From the NCBI GenBank assembly GCA_002104905.1, contig MCFE01000035.1, positions 1-64,000 of the forward strand: a DNA stretch of 64,000 nt, in the 5' to 3' direction. Shown piece by piece: positions 1 through 9,459 of this stretch (the stretch's first letter is position 1; each line of letters starts with the position of its first letter). The translations under genes and the position numbers were made by a program. The notes under the pieces were generated by a model. The model was not told the origin of the DNA and searched no databases. It saw only the letters and a list, made by a program, of their open reading frames with translations. The DNA is from Basidiobolus meristosporus CBS 931.73. Taxonomy: Eukaryota > Fungi > Basidiobolomycota.

Positions 1-416
1 ATCCCCCAAACCCCCTGCTTTTTTATTCTCTAGGGACTGCGTCCCCCAGACCCCCTGCTCTTCTAACCTTTTCCTAGCCCTTACTATAACACCTACACCC
101 AAGACCTTCTCACTAGAGGAATCTCTGCTCTCAAGATTCACTTCACTTATCAAAAACTCCCCTTCACCTGCTGTTACCCACTTCCTCAAAGATTATTATA
201 TCTCTCAAGCATATCTGCTTCACTCCCCCTATGAACCTGAACTCCAGTGTACTCTGGGATACTGCCTTAACTTTAGCTTAGATTTATTCATATTCAACTT
301 AGTGTTTACTTTGGGAATCTTCTATTCCCAGCTGGCTTCTTTATTTGTAGTTAGACTTGTCTGAAATCAAATAAAGATTTCACCTACCTTGGTGACTTTC
401 CCTCCCCTAACCCTAA
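1..416 (+). mobile_element. 3' end of a non-LTR (LINE-like) retroelement copy: C-terminal coding remnant, 3' UTR, conserved 3' module and CCCTAA tail
   Basis: 332-416 reads TGGCTTCTTT...AAATAAAGATTTCACCTACCTTGGTGACTTTCCCTCCCCTAACCCTAA, the same module that follows the RT ORFs downstream. About 110-190 translates as SLEESLLSRFTSLIKNSPSPAVTHFLKD, loosely like the C-terminus of ORF 442-1977. Confidence 0.7.
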
Positions 417-441
417 GCTTCCCAACTCTACTGCTCCAGGT

Positions 442-1977
442 GTGGACACAATCTCCTATGAGCTTCTGAAGACTAGTACCAAGGCCATGTCTGCACTTCT
501 GCTTCCACTGTTTCAGCAATGCTCAGCCCAGCTTTCTACTCCTGAGGAATGGTCCTTTGCAAATGTTCTGCCACTGTACAAGGGTAAAGGAAAGCACCTG
601 GATCCTAGCTCCTACAGGCCAATATCTCTGCTGCCCACCTGCAGAAAGGTGTTTGAGCTTCTGCTTGCTCAGGAGCTCTACTCTGACTCCCTCAAGTTTC
701 ATCCTGCACAGTTTGGCTTTGTTCCTGGCCTCTCCTTGGAATATGCAGTCATACTTAGCCAGGATCACTCTCTCCAGTGCAAGTATCCCTCTGTTCTGTT
801 TGATATTACTAAGGCCTTTGATTCAGTTGACAGAAATCTGCTTTGGTCCAAGTTGCAATGCTTCTCCAGTACCTCTCTCACCCTCCTTGTCAGGTCCCTG
901 TTTCTGGATCCACAAGCAAGAATTCTGCACCCAAGTGAGCAATCAGCTGTGTTCTCAGCTCCTAATGGAGTGGTTCAAGGCTCTGTGCTTGGTCCTATAC
1001 TGTTTGCCATCTTCCTGAATGATTTCCCAAGACTCTCAGCTGACTGCCTGGTTACTCTCTTTGCTGATGACATCAGAATATCCTCCTCCAATGTGCAACA
1101 AGACTCCCAGACCATCCACCAGTATCTGCAGAAGAATAATCTCCAGCTTTCCATTGCAAAGACAGTACCTTTGGGCTCTCCCATCACCTTAGAGAACTCC
1201 ACTCTACCTGCTCAGGTTTCTGCTACATATCTTGGCTTTCCTTTCCTTCCTACTGGACTAGACTCTGGAGCACACCTGAAGAAGAGAATTATCCTGGCAA
1301 GACAGGCACTCCACAAGCTACTGGCTGTTACTCCTCCTACAACTTCAGCTCCCAGCTGCCTTCTTCTACTCAAGCAGTTTGTCTTCCCTGTACTGGAATT
1401 TGGCTTACCACTTCTCTCTCTTACTTCTAGAGACTGCACTAAGCTTGACAAGTTTGCAGTATGGTGCATTACCTCCTTGGTGCCTCATTTGCCTGAATGC
1501 CCCTACAGACATGCTATTCTTGGTGCTTTTGGGTTTATGCCCTATAAGATCAGACTTCTCTACCTTAGAACCAGATTATATCTCAGACTTCACCACTGCA
1601 ACAACCCACTGATTAAGGCCTGGAAGAGAACACACCACACAACACCTGGCTCCTGCTGGAGAACTATACTTGGAGATCCTGAAGTCAAGAAGTTTGCAGA
1701 ATTTATTCTGCAGTCAGAAAAACCCAAGCTGGCCTACCTGAAGTACTTGACAGACCTTTGGCAGCAATATCTGCAGCAGCACACTCCCTTTATGATGAAT
1801 ATCAATCCTTATCACATTCCCCTCATTAATGTTGTTCACAAGTCATTCTTACCTCTCTTGCTACCCCCCTTCCCACTGAACAGTGTCTTGAGCACTGAAG
1901 AACTATCTTCACTTCTTATTAACTTACCTACAAATTCCCCTCAGCTACACACTCTTGTATCAAAGCTACAACAGTAG
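442..1977 (+). CDS. Non-LTR retrotransposon reverse transcriptase, 5'-truncated at the start of the RT domain (copy A, ~417-2045)
   Basis: LINE RT motifs APGVDTIS, YRPISLL, QFGF, DITKAFDSV, GVVQGSVLGPILF, LFADD and YLGFPF. The reading frame begins right after the CCCTAA tail of the preceding copy. No CCHC or restriction-like endonuclease motif is visible after the RT. Confidence 0.9.
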   Translation: MDTISYELLKTSTKAMSALLLPLFQQCSAQLSTPEEWSFANVLPLYKGKGKHLDPSSYRPISLLPTCRKVFELLLAQELYSDSLKFHPAQFGFVPGLSLEYAVILSQDHSLQCKYPSVLFDITKAFDSVDRNLLWSKLQCFSSTSLTLLVRSLFLDPQARILHPSEQSAVFSAPNGVVQGSVLGPILFAIFLNDFPRLSADCLVTLFADDIRISSSNVQQDSQTIHQYLQKNNLQLSIAKTVPLGSPITLENSTLPAQVSATYLGFPFLPTGLDSGAHLKKRIILARQALHKLLAVTPPTTSAPSCLLLLKQFVFPVLEFGLPLLSLTSRDCTKLDKFAVWCITSLVPHLPECPYRHAILGAFGFMPYKIRLLYLRTRLYLRLHHCNNPLIKAWKRTHHTTPGSCWRTILGDPEVKKFAEFILQSEKPKLAYLKYLTDLWQQYLQQHTPFMMNINPYHIPLINVVHKSFLPLLLPPFPLNSVLSTEELSSLLINLPTNSPQLHTLVSKLQQ

Positions 1978-2063
1978 CGCTGGCTTCTTTGTTTCAACTG
2001 AAATAAAGATTTCACCTGTTGGTGACTGTCTCCCCCTACCCTAAGGAATAACTTCAGATTAAC

Positions 2064-2130
2064 TTGGCTTCTTTAGATACTTGTCATAAGTAAATAAAGA
2101 TTTCACCACTTGGTGACTTTCCTCCACCCT
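2064..2130 (+). repeat. Isolated 3' module of the LINE-like element (extremely truncated copy)
   Basis: TTGGCTTCTTT...AAATAAAGATTTCACCACTTGGTGACTTTCCTCCACCCTAG, about 20 nt downstream of the module that closes copy A. Confidence 0.8.
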
Positions 2131-2995
2131 AGCATTCTGCCACAACAAACTGCAATATATCTAGGTCTGCCATTTTGTCAACATGGGATTGACTCAAAGC
2201 TCCACCTGAATAATAGGATCCATCTTGCCCAACAGGCTCTCAAAAAGCTTCTAGTAGTAGTCACTCCAGACACTCCAATTCAAAAGATCCCTATACTTCT
2301 GAAGCAGTATGTACTGCCGGTACTTGAATTTGGTCTCCACATTATACCCCTAACCTCCAGAGAACTTCACCACCTGGATAAATTTCTCCATCAGTGTATC
2401 AGATCCTTGGTACCTTATCTTCCAGTATCTCCCTATATCCATGCAACCAATGGAGCCTTTGGGTTCTACCCATACCAAATCCAAATGGTCTATCTCCGTG
2501 CTTCCTTCCTAGTCAAACTTCAGAAATCACACAACCCCTCCATCAAACAATGGCTTAAATCTAAATCCTCCCTAAAATCTTCTTGCTGGCACACCCTGGT
2601 TGGCTCTGCCGTAGTAACAGAGCTTGCTTCAAAACTTCAAAAAGCTGATAAACCAAGACTACTGGCTCAGGACTATCTAAGATCTATGTGGCAGAGCTAC
2701 TTACAAGTCCACACACCTTTCCTACTACACCTAATCCCAGGCTGGGTTCCAGTCTTGAATTATATTGATCAGAAACATCTACAATTTGTACTTCCCCCAA
2801 AACCCTTGAATTTATATTTACCCTTGATGAGCTTTACTTTATTGAAACAACATCAGAGATGAAGTAAAACATAAATTAGATTACTTATTAGAGAGGTTCT
2901 AGACCTCTTAATTGGCTTCTTTATTTGTACTTAGATTAGTTCTTAACTCAAATAAAGATTTCACCAACTTGGTGACTTTCCCTCCCCCCTAACCC
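2131..2995 (+). mobile_element. Diverged 5'-truncated LINE-like RT copy B (C-terminal part only; ORF call 2110-2862)
   Basis: QQTAIYLGLPF...HLNNRIHLAQQALKKLL...LLKQYVLPVLEFGL aligns by eye with copy A QVSATYLGFPF...HLKKRIILARQALHKLL...LLKQFVFPVLEFGL. Ends in the 3' module (2912-2995) with CCCTAACCC. Confidence 0.85.
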
Positions 2996-3308
2996 ATAAC
3001 TTAGTCACTTAGATCATTACCTTCATATCCTAGAGAATACTGACCAAATTACTTGTTGGGATTTACTTAGAATATTTTCACCAAAATACCAGGTACCCAG
3101 AACAGGAAAATTCTCAAAGTTGTCCAAACAGCCCCAAACCTTGCACACATGCTCTTGGGACCTTCCTAAGCCAATTCAATGTGTTTGCTATGCCAAGACC
3201 AGGTAAAAGTATAAATACTACTTTTACATTCAATAAATCATTAAGTGAAAACCACATAATCTACTTGTTCTCCAAATCACTTCCAATATCTCCAAGACTC
3301 TCACAACA
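2996..3308 (+). repeat. 5'-truncated LTR of the local Ty1/copia family
   Basis: Matches the LTR at 24445-24794 from TAACTTAGTCACTTAGATCA to CCAAGACTCTCACAACA. The first ~36 nt of the LTR are missing. Confidence 0.9.
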
Positions 3309-3435
3309 CAGCCAACTCCCCTCAGTTACACAGTCTTGTATCAAACCTACAACAGTAGCACTGGATTCTTTATTTCAACTGGAATATAGACTTTACCAAT
3401 TGATGACTATATCCACATCTAACCCTAACCCTCCC
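3309..3435 (+). mobile_element. 3' terminal fragment of a copy-A-like LINE element ending in CTAACCCTAACCC
   Basis: AACTCCCCTCAGTTACACAGTCTTGTATCAAACCTACAACAGTAGCACTGGATTCTTT matches 1933-1990 and is followed by a degenerate module and CATCTAACCCTAACCCTCCC. Confidence 0.8.
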
Positions 3436-4391
3436 AGAAAGTATGTCTTATTGCCTACCAAATGGATAATGCATATAGCATAGAATGTTCTTTGTTTGAA
3501 GAAACTTAGAATTCTACTGATGCTATGTTAGTATTATGCAGGTCTGTGGTTAAATATTTCTCATAAGGAAGCTTCACTTCATTACCTACTTAACTTTATC
3601 TTTCACAATATTTGGGAAATAGCAAATCTCATTTATTTCTTAGACTTGAGTTTTTCTGGATATCTGACCTAATAGGCTTTGACAAAGGTTTCCCCACTGG
3701 GTAATAATCATCCCCTTAAAGTCTGTTAGGTGAGTTTATCAAGCTTAGTATGAAGATTACTCAGGTACAACACCTTTAATCAACATATATAACTTCATAA
3801 TCCATAATTTGTAGTATTATCAGCTGTAGTCCTATGAAAAATCTCAAAGTTGGAATTCATTGGGTTTTTAGCATGTATTCAGCTGGTGTTTCTGCTTCAA
3901 ATTTTAAGTTGCAACTCTTGGTGAAAATAATGAGCAGCTGGTTACCAAATTTAGTACAAATGTTAGTTGGCCTAGTCTCCCCCCCCCAAAGAATGTCTGC
4001 TTGTCTGTTGGTTTGCTAGTACCTGAAATATTAGGAGTTGATACCTTTGGGAAAGTTGGAATTCAGCTGATATTATGATGGTATTCTGCTGGCCTTTTGT
4101 TAATTTTTTTACTTAGTGGTAGGTTCCAGTCTACCACACCTACACTCTGTTGACCAATTCCAGAAATCTTAAATATGTACTACAGATTATATACTCTGGC
4201 CTTCAACAAGTCAGTTCATCTTAATTTTCTCTCTTCTTTACACATTTATTATTTGGTTCTTACTCCAGAGCCATTATATTCAGCAAATTTGGCATTTCGT
4301 CAGCAATATTGATATCCACCCCTTGTATCCACGATTGCATACAGAATTCCTGGTTTATTTGCAATACAAAATCAGCTATGGTCGCAACAGC

Positions 4392-5390
4392 TTAACCATT
4401 GACAATACTGCCGCCGTTGGGATGAAGAATTTGGCCTGTCATGTAGCTAGAATCACTACTAGCTAAAAATACATATGAGGTAGCAACTTCCGACGGCTGA
4501 CCTGCACGACCCATTGGGACTTCTTTACCAAATACCTCCATATCATCTTTGGAGAAAGAAGCCGGGATCAATGGTGTCCAAATGGGACCTGGAGCTACAC
4601 CGTTTACGCGAATTCCTTTAGACGCAAGCTGCATAGACAATGAGCGAGTGAAGCTGGTGATAGCCCCCTTGGTGGATGAGTAGTCTACCAGAATAGGCTT
4701 TCCTTGATATGCAGTGACTGAAGTAGTGTTTATGATGACACCTCCTTGTTTCATATGTCTTAGGGCATATTTCGCCAAAAACATCATACCAAAGATGTTA
4801 GTACGGAAGGTGCGCTCAATCTGATCTCCAGAAATCTGGGAGAAATCTTCGCACACATGTTGTTCTGAAGCATTGTTGACAAGAATATCGATTTTGCCAA
4901 ATTGCCCTATGACCTCTTCAATGATTTCCTCGCAATTTTTCTCGACACCAACATCCTTTGCAATGAGCAATACGCGGCATTTGGATTGACTCTCAATACG
5001 CTTCTTGGTCTCTTGCGCGTCTCCCTGTTCACGAGGCAGATGTACAATGGCTATACCGCTAACCCCTTCCATCGCGTATAATGTAGCCACACTACGACCA
5101 ATCCCACTATCTCCTCCGGTCACAATTGCTATGCGGTTCTCCAACTTGCCCGATGGTCGATAGGGCAAGAGTTCGCAAGGGTTCTCGGAGCCAGCCTCTG
5201 CAGGTAGCTGGTGTACAACCGGTGCAGGCTTCATCTCTGACTCTAGACCTACAAGGGGATGAAGATTGATTAAGCAGCTTCGGTATTAACAGCTATAGAG
5301 TGCAACTTTACCTGGCTGAACCTGTCGTTCTTGACGAGGGATATCGCTATGATCTTGGATTTGACTGGGAGTTTCGGTTTTGTCGCACAT
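4392..5390 (-). CDS. Short-chain dehydrogenase/reductase, glucose-and-ribitol dehydrogenase / general stress protein 39-like
   Basis: TGGDSGIG NAD(P)-binding motif, NNA and YSSTK catalytic motif. Two exons, 5390-5312 and 5248-4392, with a 63-nt GTAAAG..TAG intron; splicing restores the family signature QPGLESEMKP. Confidence 0.92.
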
Positions 5391-5435
5391 TGTTGTTGTT
5401 ATTTGAAGTGAATAATGAGCGGTACCGAGGAGAGC

Positions 5436-5444
5436 TTATATATA
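5436..5444 (-). promoter_or_regulatory. Putative TATA box of the SDR gene
   Basis: TATATATAA on the minus strand about 45 nt upstream of the ATG at 5390. Confidence 0.5.
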
Positions 5445-7816
5445 GCAGAGAATACAGCGCCAATTGCTAGAATCAGAGGCGGTCGTCAGCATGTTGATCT
5501 GATTGAATCATGACATCAATTTGACTGCGCTCCCATATAGATGAAGTCATCAAGTGGCTCACTTGGAGGGGAGTGAACGCGGAATCCTAATGATGGTAAG
5601 AAATAAGTATGCAACTACCAGGGCTGCTTCTATAGGCTCAACTAGAGGTTGATATGAATAATGATGTTAGATGAGCTATTCTCTGTATACGTATGATGAA
5701 TGCTTCCACAAAGGTCAAAGTAAGATGTCAGTCTATATGACTGGATGAGGCTTTCTAGTCAATACTGACGACACGTTTTGTGCATTTTGCTTACATCAGA
5801 TTTCTATATTTCCTCTCCCCTACAGAGATTGGGCGATGCTGTCGAGAATGTACACACGTGGCTATGAACTGTCTGATCGACTTCAGATGTAGCTGCGTCT
5901 GAGTAGCCCAACCCTTGTCTTGCGCACTAGTACAAATAGGGTGGAGTCGAGGCTTAAATTGGCAGAATATTAGTCGCATGGAAGTAGATGTTTTGGCGTA
6001 TTATTGGACATGCTTTCAGTAGCAAATAAGACGATGGGCATCCTTTGGTACAAAATATGCTGTTGATATCCCATGATGCTTGGAGGATCGGCAAACCACT
6101 CAATCAGTCAGCTGACGTGTCATGGTCTACCTTAATCCAGCCTTTCTACCTACCTTTTCAATGAACTACGCCACCAGAGTGAGATTACCGATTTTGGATG
6201 CAGCTTCCAATTTGAATTCTCATCAACTATGCAACCTGTTGCGCGTAGCTCTACGATCTATCATCCGCCCTGTCTTTGCACGGAATAAATCCTTTGGGAG
6301 TGAGATGGCTGGCACTACTGGTCTACCTTCCCAACAGTTGGATTAATGGGGCTTGATGGGTTAATGACAGAATACTGTCACAGCGGAAGTTGGTCACTCC
6401 GACAGGATGCCGGAAATTTCCGAAAACCCCATGACTCAAATAGCTTAGTTTGCTAACTACCAGGAAACGGAACAAGCCTAAAACCAGCCTTAACCTCAGG
6501 CAACTGTCGAATTCGGTGGCTCAGTATACACCGTGTTACCCATTTCACTCAACTTTTCCCAGCGGGTAATTGAATATGGATGAGAACCATGTGGAGTGGG
6601 TAAAAATGAACTTGAAGCATGGTCTCATCTATTGGTAGATAACGTTAGAGGCTACGAACCTTGTACGACCGCTACTGGTTCGTGAGAGCACAATGTTGAC
6701 GTGGTGTTCGTACAGTAATCCCATGGAAGGACTCAACTTTTTGAACCCAACGCCTACAGCCTGCCTAATAGGGTTAACAACGGAGATGGGAATAATTCCC
6801 ACGACCGCCCATCGACAATCGTAAGGGCGGAATGAGTAATGTATTCATCTCTATGACGCGCTCGAGAACAGCGTACATACACACAGTCATATAGTGGGGA
6901 TTGCTGAATTTGGCAAATTCTCGTACGGAATTCGCAGGAATTTCTTGCTGCACCAAGGTATATCCCACATGGGTTTTCCGTCTGATCCAAAGTCATCTTT
7001 CCTCCCCTTATAAATTCGTTCAGTCAGCACCGAAGGGGCAACTATCTACAACATCCATGCGCTTGATCACTTTGCAGACTCAGAGTGGGAGATCTGTTTT
7101 AATTACAATTGAGGAATCTATTATGTACACTATTTATCAACAGTTTGGCACACGGCAACGTGTTGCTGTAAGAGATCGCAAACCAGCATAGAATGAAGTA
7201 GCCCAGTATATGGACCTGAAGCATATGAATCTCTCGGTTGCGGACTGTCTAGTTTAAAGTATAGTTGATACTTTGGGCAGGGGCGCTTGGAAATTCACTT
7301 TGATGTGCTCTTGGAGCCAATAAGCAAGGAAATCACTTGACGGTTCGTCTGATAATTGATATCCCCTCCATATTCCCCCTCCTACTTGCTTGGAATACGC
7401 CACTAGTTGAACACCACTTGCGCCTCTACCATTCAGAGTCAACCGCTCTCTGAAGTTGGCCACTTGTTGAAATGTACATTAATAAATAAGAACGGGCTAG
7501 GATTTCTTAGTCAATTAACGGAGATCTACCTTGTTATTCGATAAGACATGTCCCCTAGTGTAGAATTAAATTTCCAACTTCAGCCGCTATACTCCATGGG
7601 CCCGAGTGTATATACTGATAGAATGAAGTATTCCCAACATCTATTATGCACCAACAAGCGTTTATTAAATAATTGTCAATGTGATGGTATAATATGCAAT
7701 TGTGTTTGGAACATGGAACAGACGTCAGTTGTGGATCGCATTATCAAGCTCAAATTCTCCTAAGATGTACTTCACTAATGGACGTAGCTTACCTGCTGTG
7801 CTATGTGTAGAAAGAC

Positions 7817-9031
7817 TTATGGCTCACTGGGGTCGCTATCGTTCACTGCAGTGTACTTCGGCATAAACGATGTGCAAGATCTTCGGACTCTGCTCAATAT
7901 CCGCAGCCTCTTGAAAAGGTACAAGCCAACAACCAACATCACAAATGCAAGAGGCCAGATCCATACAAACCAGCCACTTGTGTAGAATGTGAACCTGTAC
8001 TCTTCCCATTTTCCCACTCGACAGGACTGCTCCACATGCAACATTCTGTGCTGATGTTTTGGCGGCTCCCCGCCTACGCCATAAACTTCGTTCTCGTAAA
8101 GGGTCTTGCACATCTTGCACATGGCTGCCTGCTCACTGTAATTCTTGCCGACCCACGCGTTGGTGAAGCGCTCTGAAAATGGCTCTCCAAACTTGTAGGA
8201 GAAGTACTCCGTATAAGCTGTATCATTGTTAGCCAAATACGTCAGGTACTCAGCAAGTGCTTTCGGGTTCTTGAACTCGTCAATTTTGATGATGGAATGG
8301 CTGGTAGGGGCATACATGCCGTAGTCATCTGGCCCATCAACCACTGGGATGGTGGTGCTGGTCAAGGCATTCCAAAACTTCTCCGAGACATACTCATCGC
8401 AGCTGGAGTTTTCCAAAGCCAGATAGAACTTGTACTTCCTGATGATGTCATGGATTTCCCCGTCGCCATGCTTGTTTCGGAAAGGTGCGTAATTCCCGTA
8501 TATATCGACATTCATATATTTCTGTAACTCCCTGACCATGTAGTGTCGCTTGTTTGTGGCCTCTGAGCTGCTGACTACCCATGCAACGTAGACATCGTTC
8601 TTCTTGTCCCTCATGATGGTATCGAAGCCGGCGTTGGATCGGATGGTATCTACTGCGTCCGAAGGGATATAAGGGATCGGAAAGTCCGAGTCCAGCCTGT
8701 ACTCCATCTGGTAGGTAAATAAGCGCAACAGCGCAGGCTCCAATTCCCAATACTCGTTGATGGGTGCCTCATTGGAATGAAGCACCCAAGGCAGGCCCCA
8801 TGCCGGGCTATCAGCATCTGGTGGGAACTTCAGTTTGGTGCGCTTCTTCCGTTGAATATCAGACGAGTAGAACATCACCGCTTTAGCCGAACCATCACGT
8901 AGAATATCATCCTTGTGCGAAATGGAACATGTGTAGGGTAGGCCGCAGTAGTCGATCTGGTGTCCTTCGTACTGATCGTGGCCATACCACTTTGTATAAT
9001 AGTATATAGGAATATTCTCCGCAATGACCAT
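7817..9031 (-). CDS. GT10 alpha-1,3-fucosyltransferase-like protein with C-terminal transmembrane helix (true N-terminus uncertain)
   Basis: GT10 motif YKFYLALENSSCDEYVSEKFW..L....P, plus EAP, YQMEYRLDSD and VAWVVS motifs. Hydrophobic WFVWIWPLAFVMLVVGLYLF followed by KRLR near the C-terminus. A GTAAGT donor just upstream of 9031 suggests a further 5' exon. Confidence 0.88.
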   Translation of the reverse strand: MVIAENIPIYYYTKWYGHDQYEGHQIDYCGLPYTCSISHKDDILRDGSAKAVMFYSSDIQRKKRTKLKFPPDADSPAWGLPWVLHSNEAPINEYWELEPALLRLFTYQMEYRLDSDFPIPYIPSDAVDTIRSNAGFDTIMRDKKNDVYVAWVVSSSEATNKRHYMVRELQKYMNVDIYGNYAPFRNKHGDGEIHDIIRKYKFYLALENSSCDEYVSEKFWNALTSTTIPVVDGPDDYGMYAPTSHSIIKIDEFKNPKALAEYLTYLANNDTAYTEYFSYKFGEPFSERFTNAWVGKNYSEQAAMCKMCKTLYENEVYGVGGEPPKHQHRMLHVEQSCRVGKWEEYRFTFYTSGWFVWIWPLAFVMLVVGLYLFKRLRILSRVRRSCTSFMPKYTAVNDSDPSEP

Positions 9032-9459
9032 TAGTAAGGGAACTTACGCCTTTGTGATAGCTACTATCCCCCCCCCATGTTGCTGGCTTTCACTGAAGTA
9101 TAAAGAAAAACTAATAAAGTTGTGTGACCGAAAATATTCTGGAGAAACTGTTTACTGGTACGATATTGGCTCCATCCAGCGATCATATTAAGGCCATAAT
9201 TAATTCTTGAATAAGAATTAATTCATTTAGTTTGTTACAAATCAGGCATTCGCCGGACAGAATCCATGGTAATCTATTTACCACATGATTTCAAAGGAGG
9301 GCTCCAACATTTTGGTTTTTCAAACCACCAGGTTCAGAAAAATCGGGTCAGTACAGATAGAAAATTGACTGGCTTTTATTTCAGGTAATCTTCCACCATA
9401 TGAAGTGTGGGACAACGGTTAGTTATATATTAACATTTTCAACGGTGTGTACCATTGAT

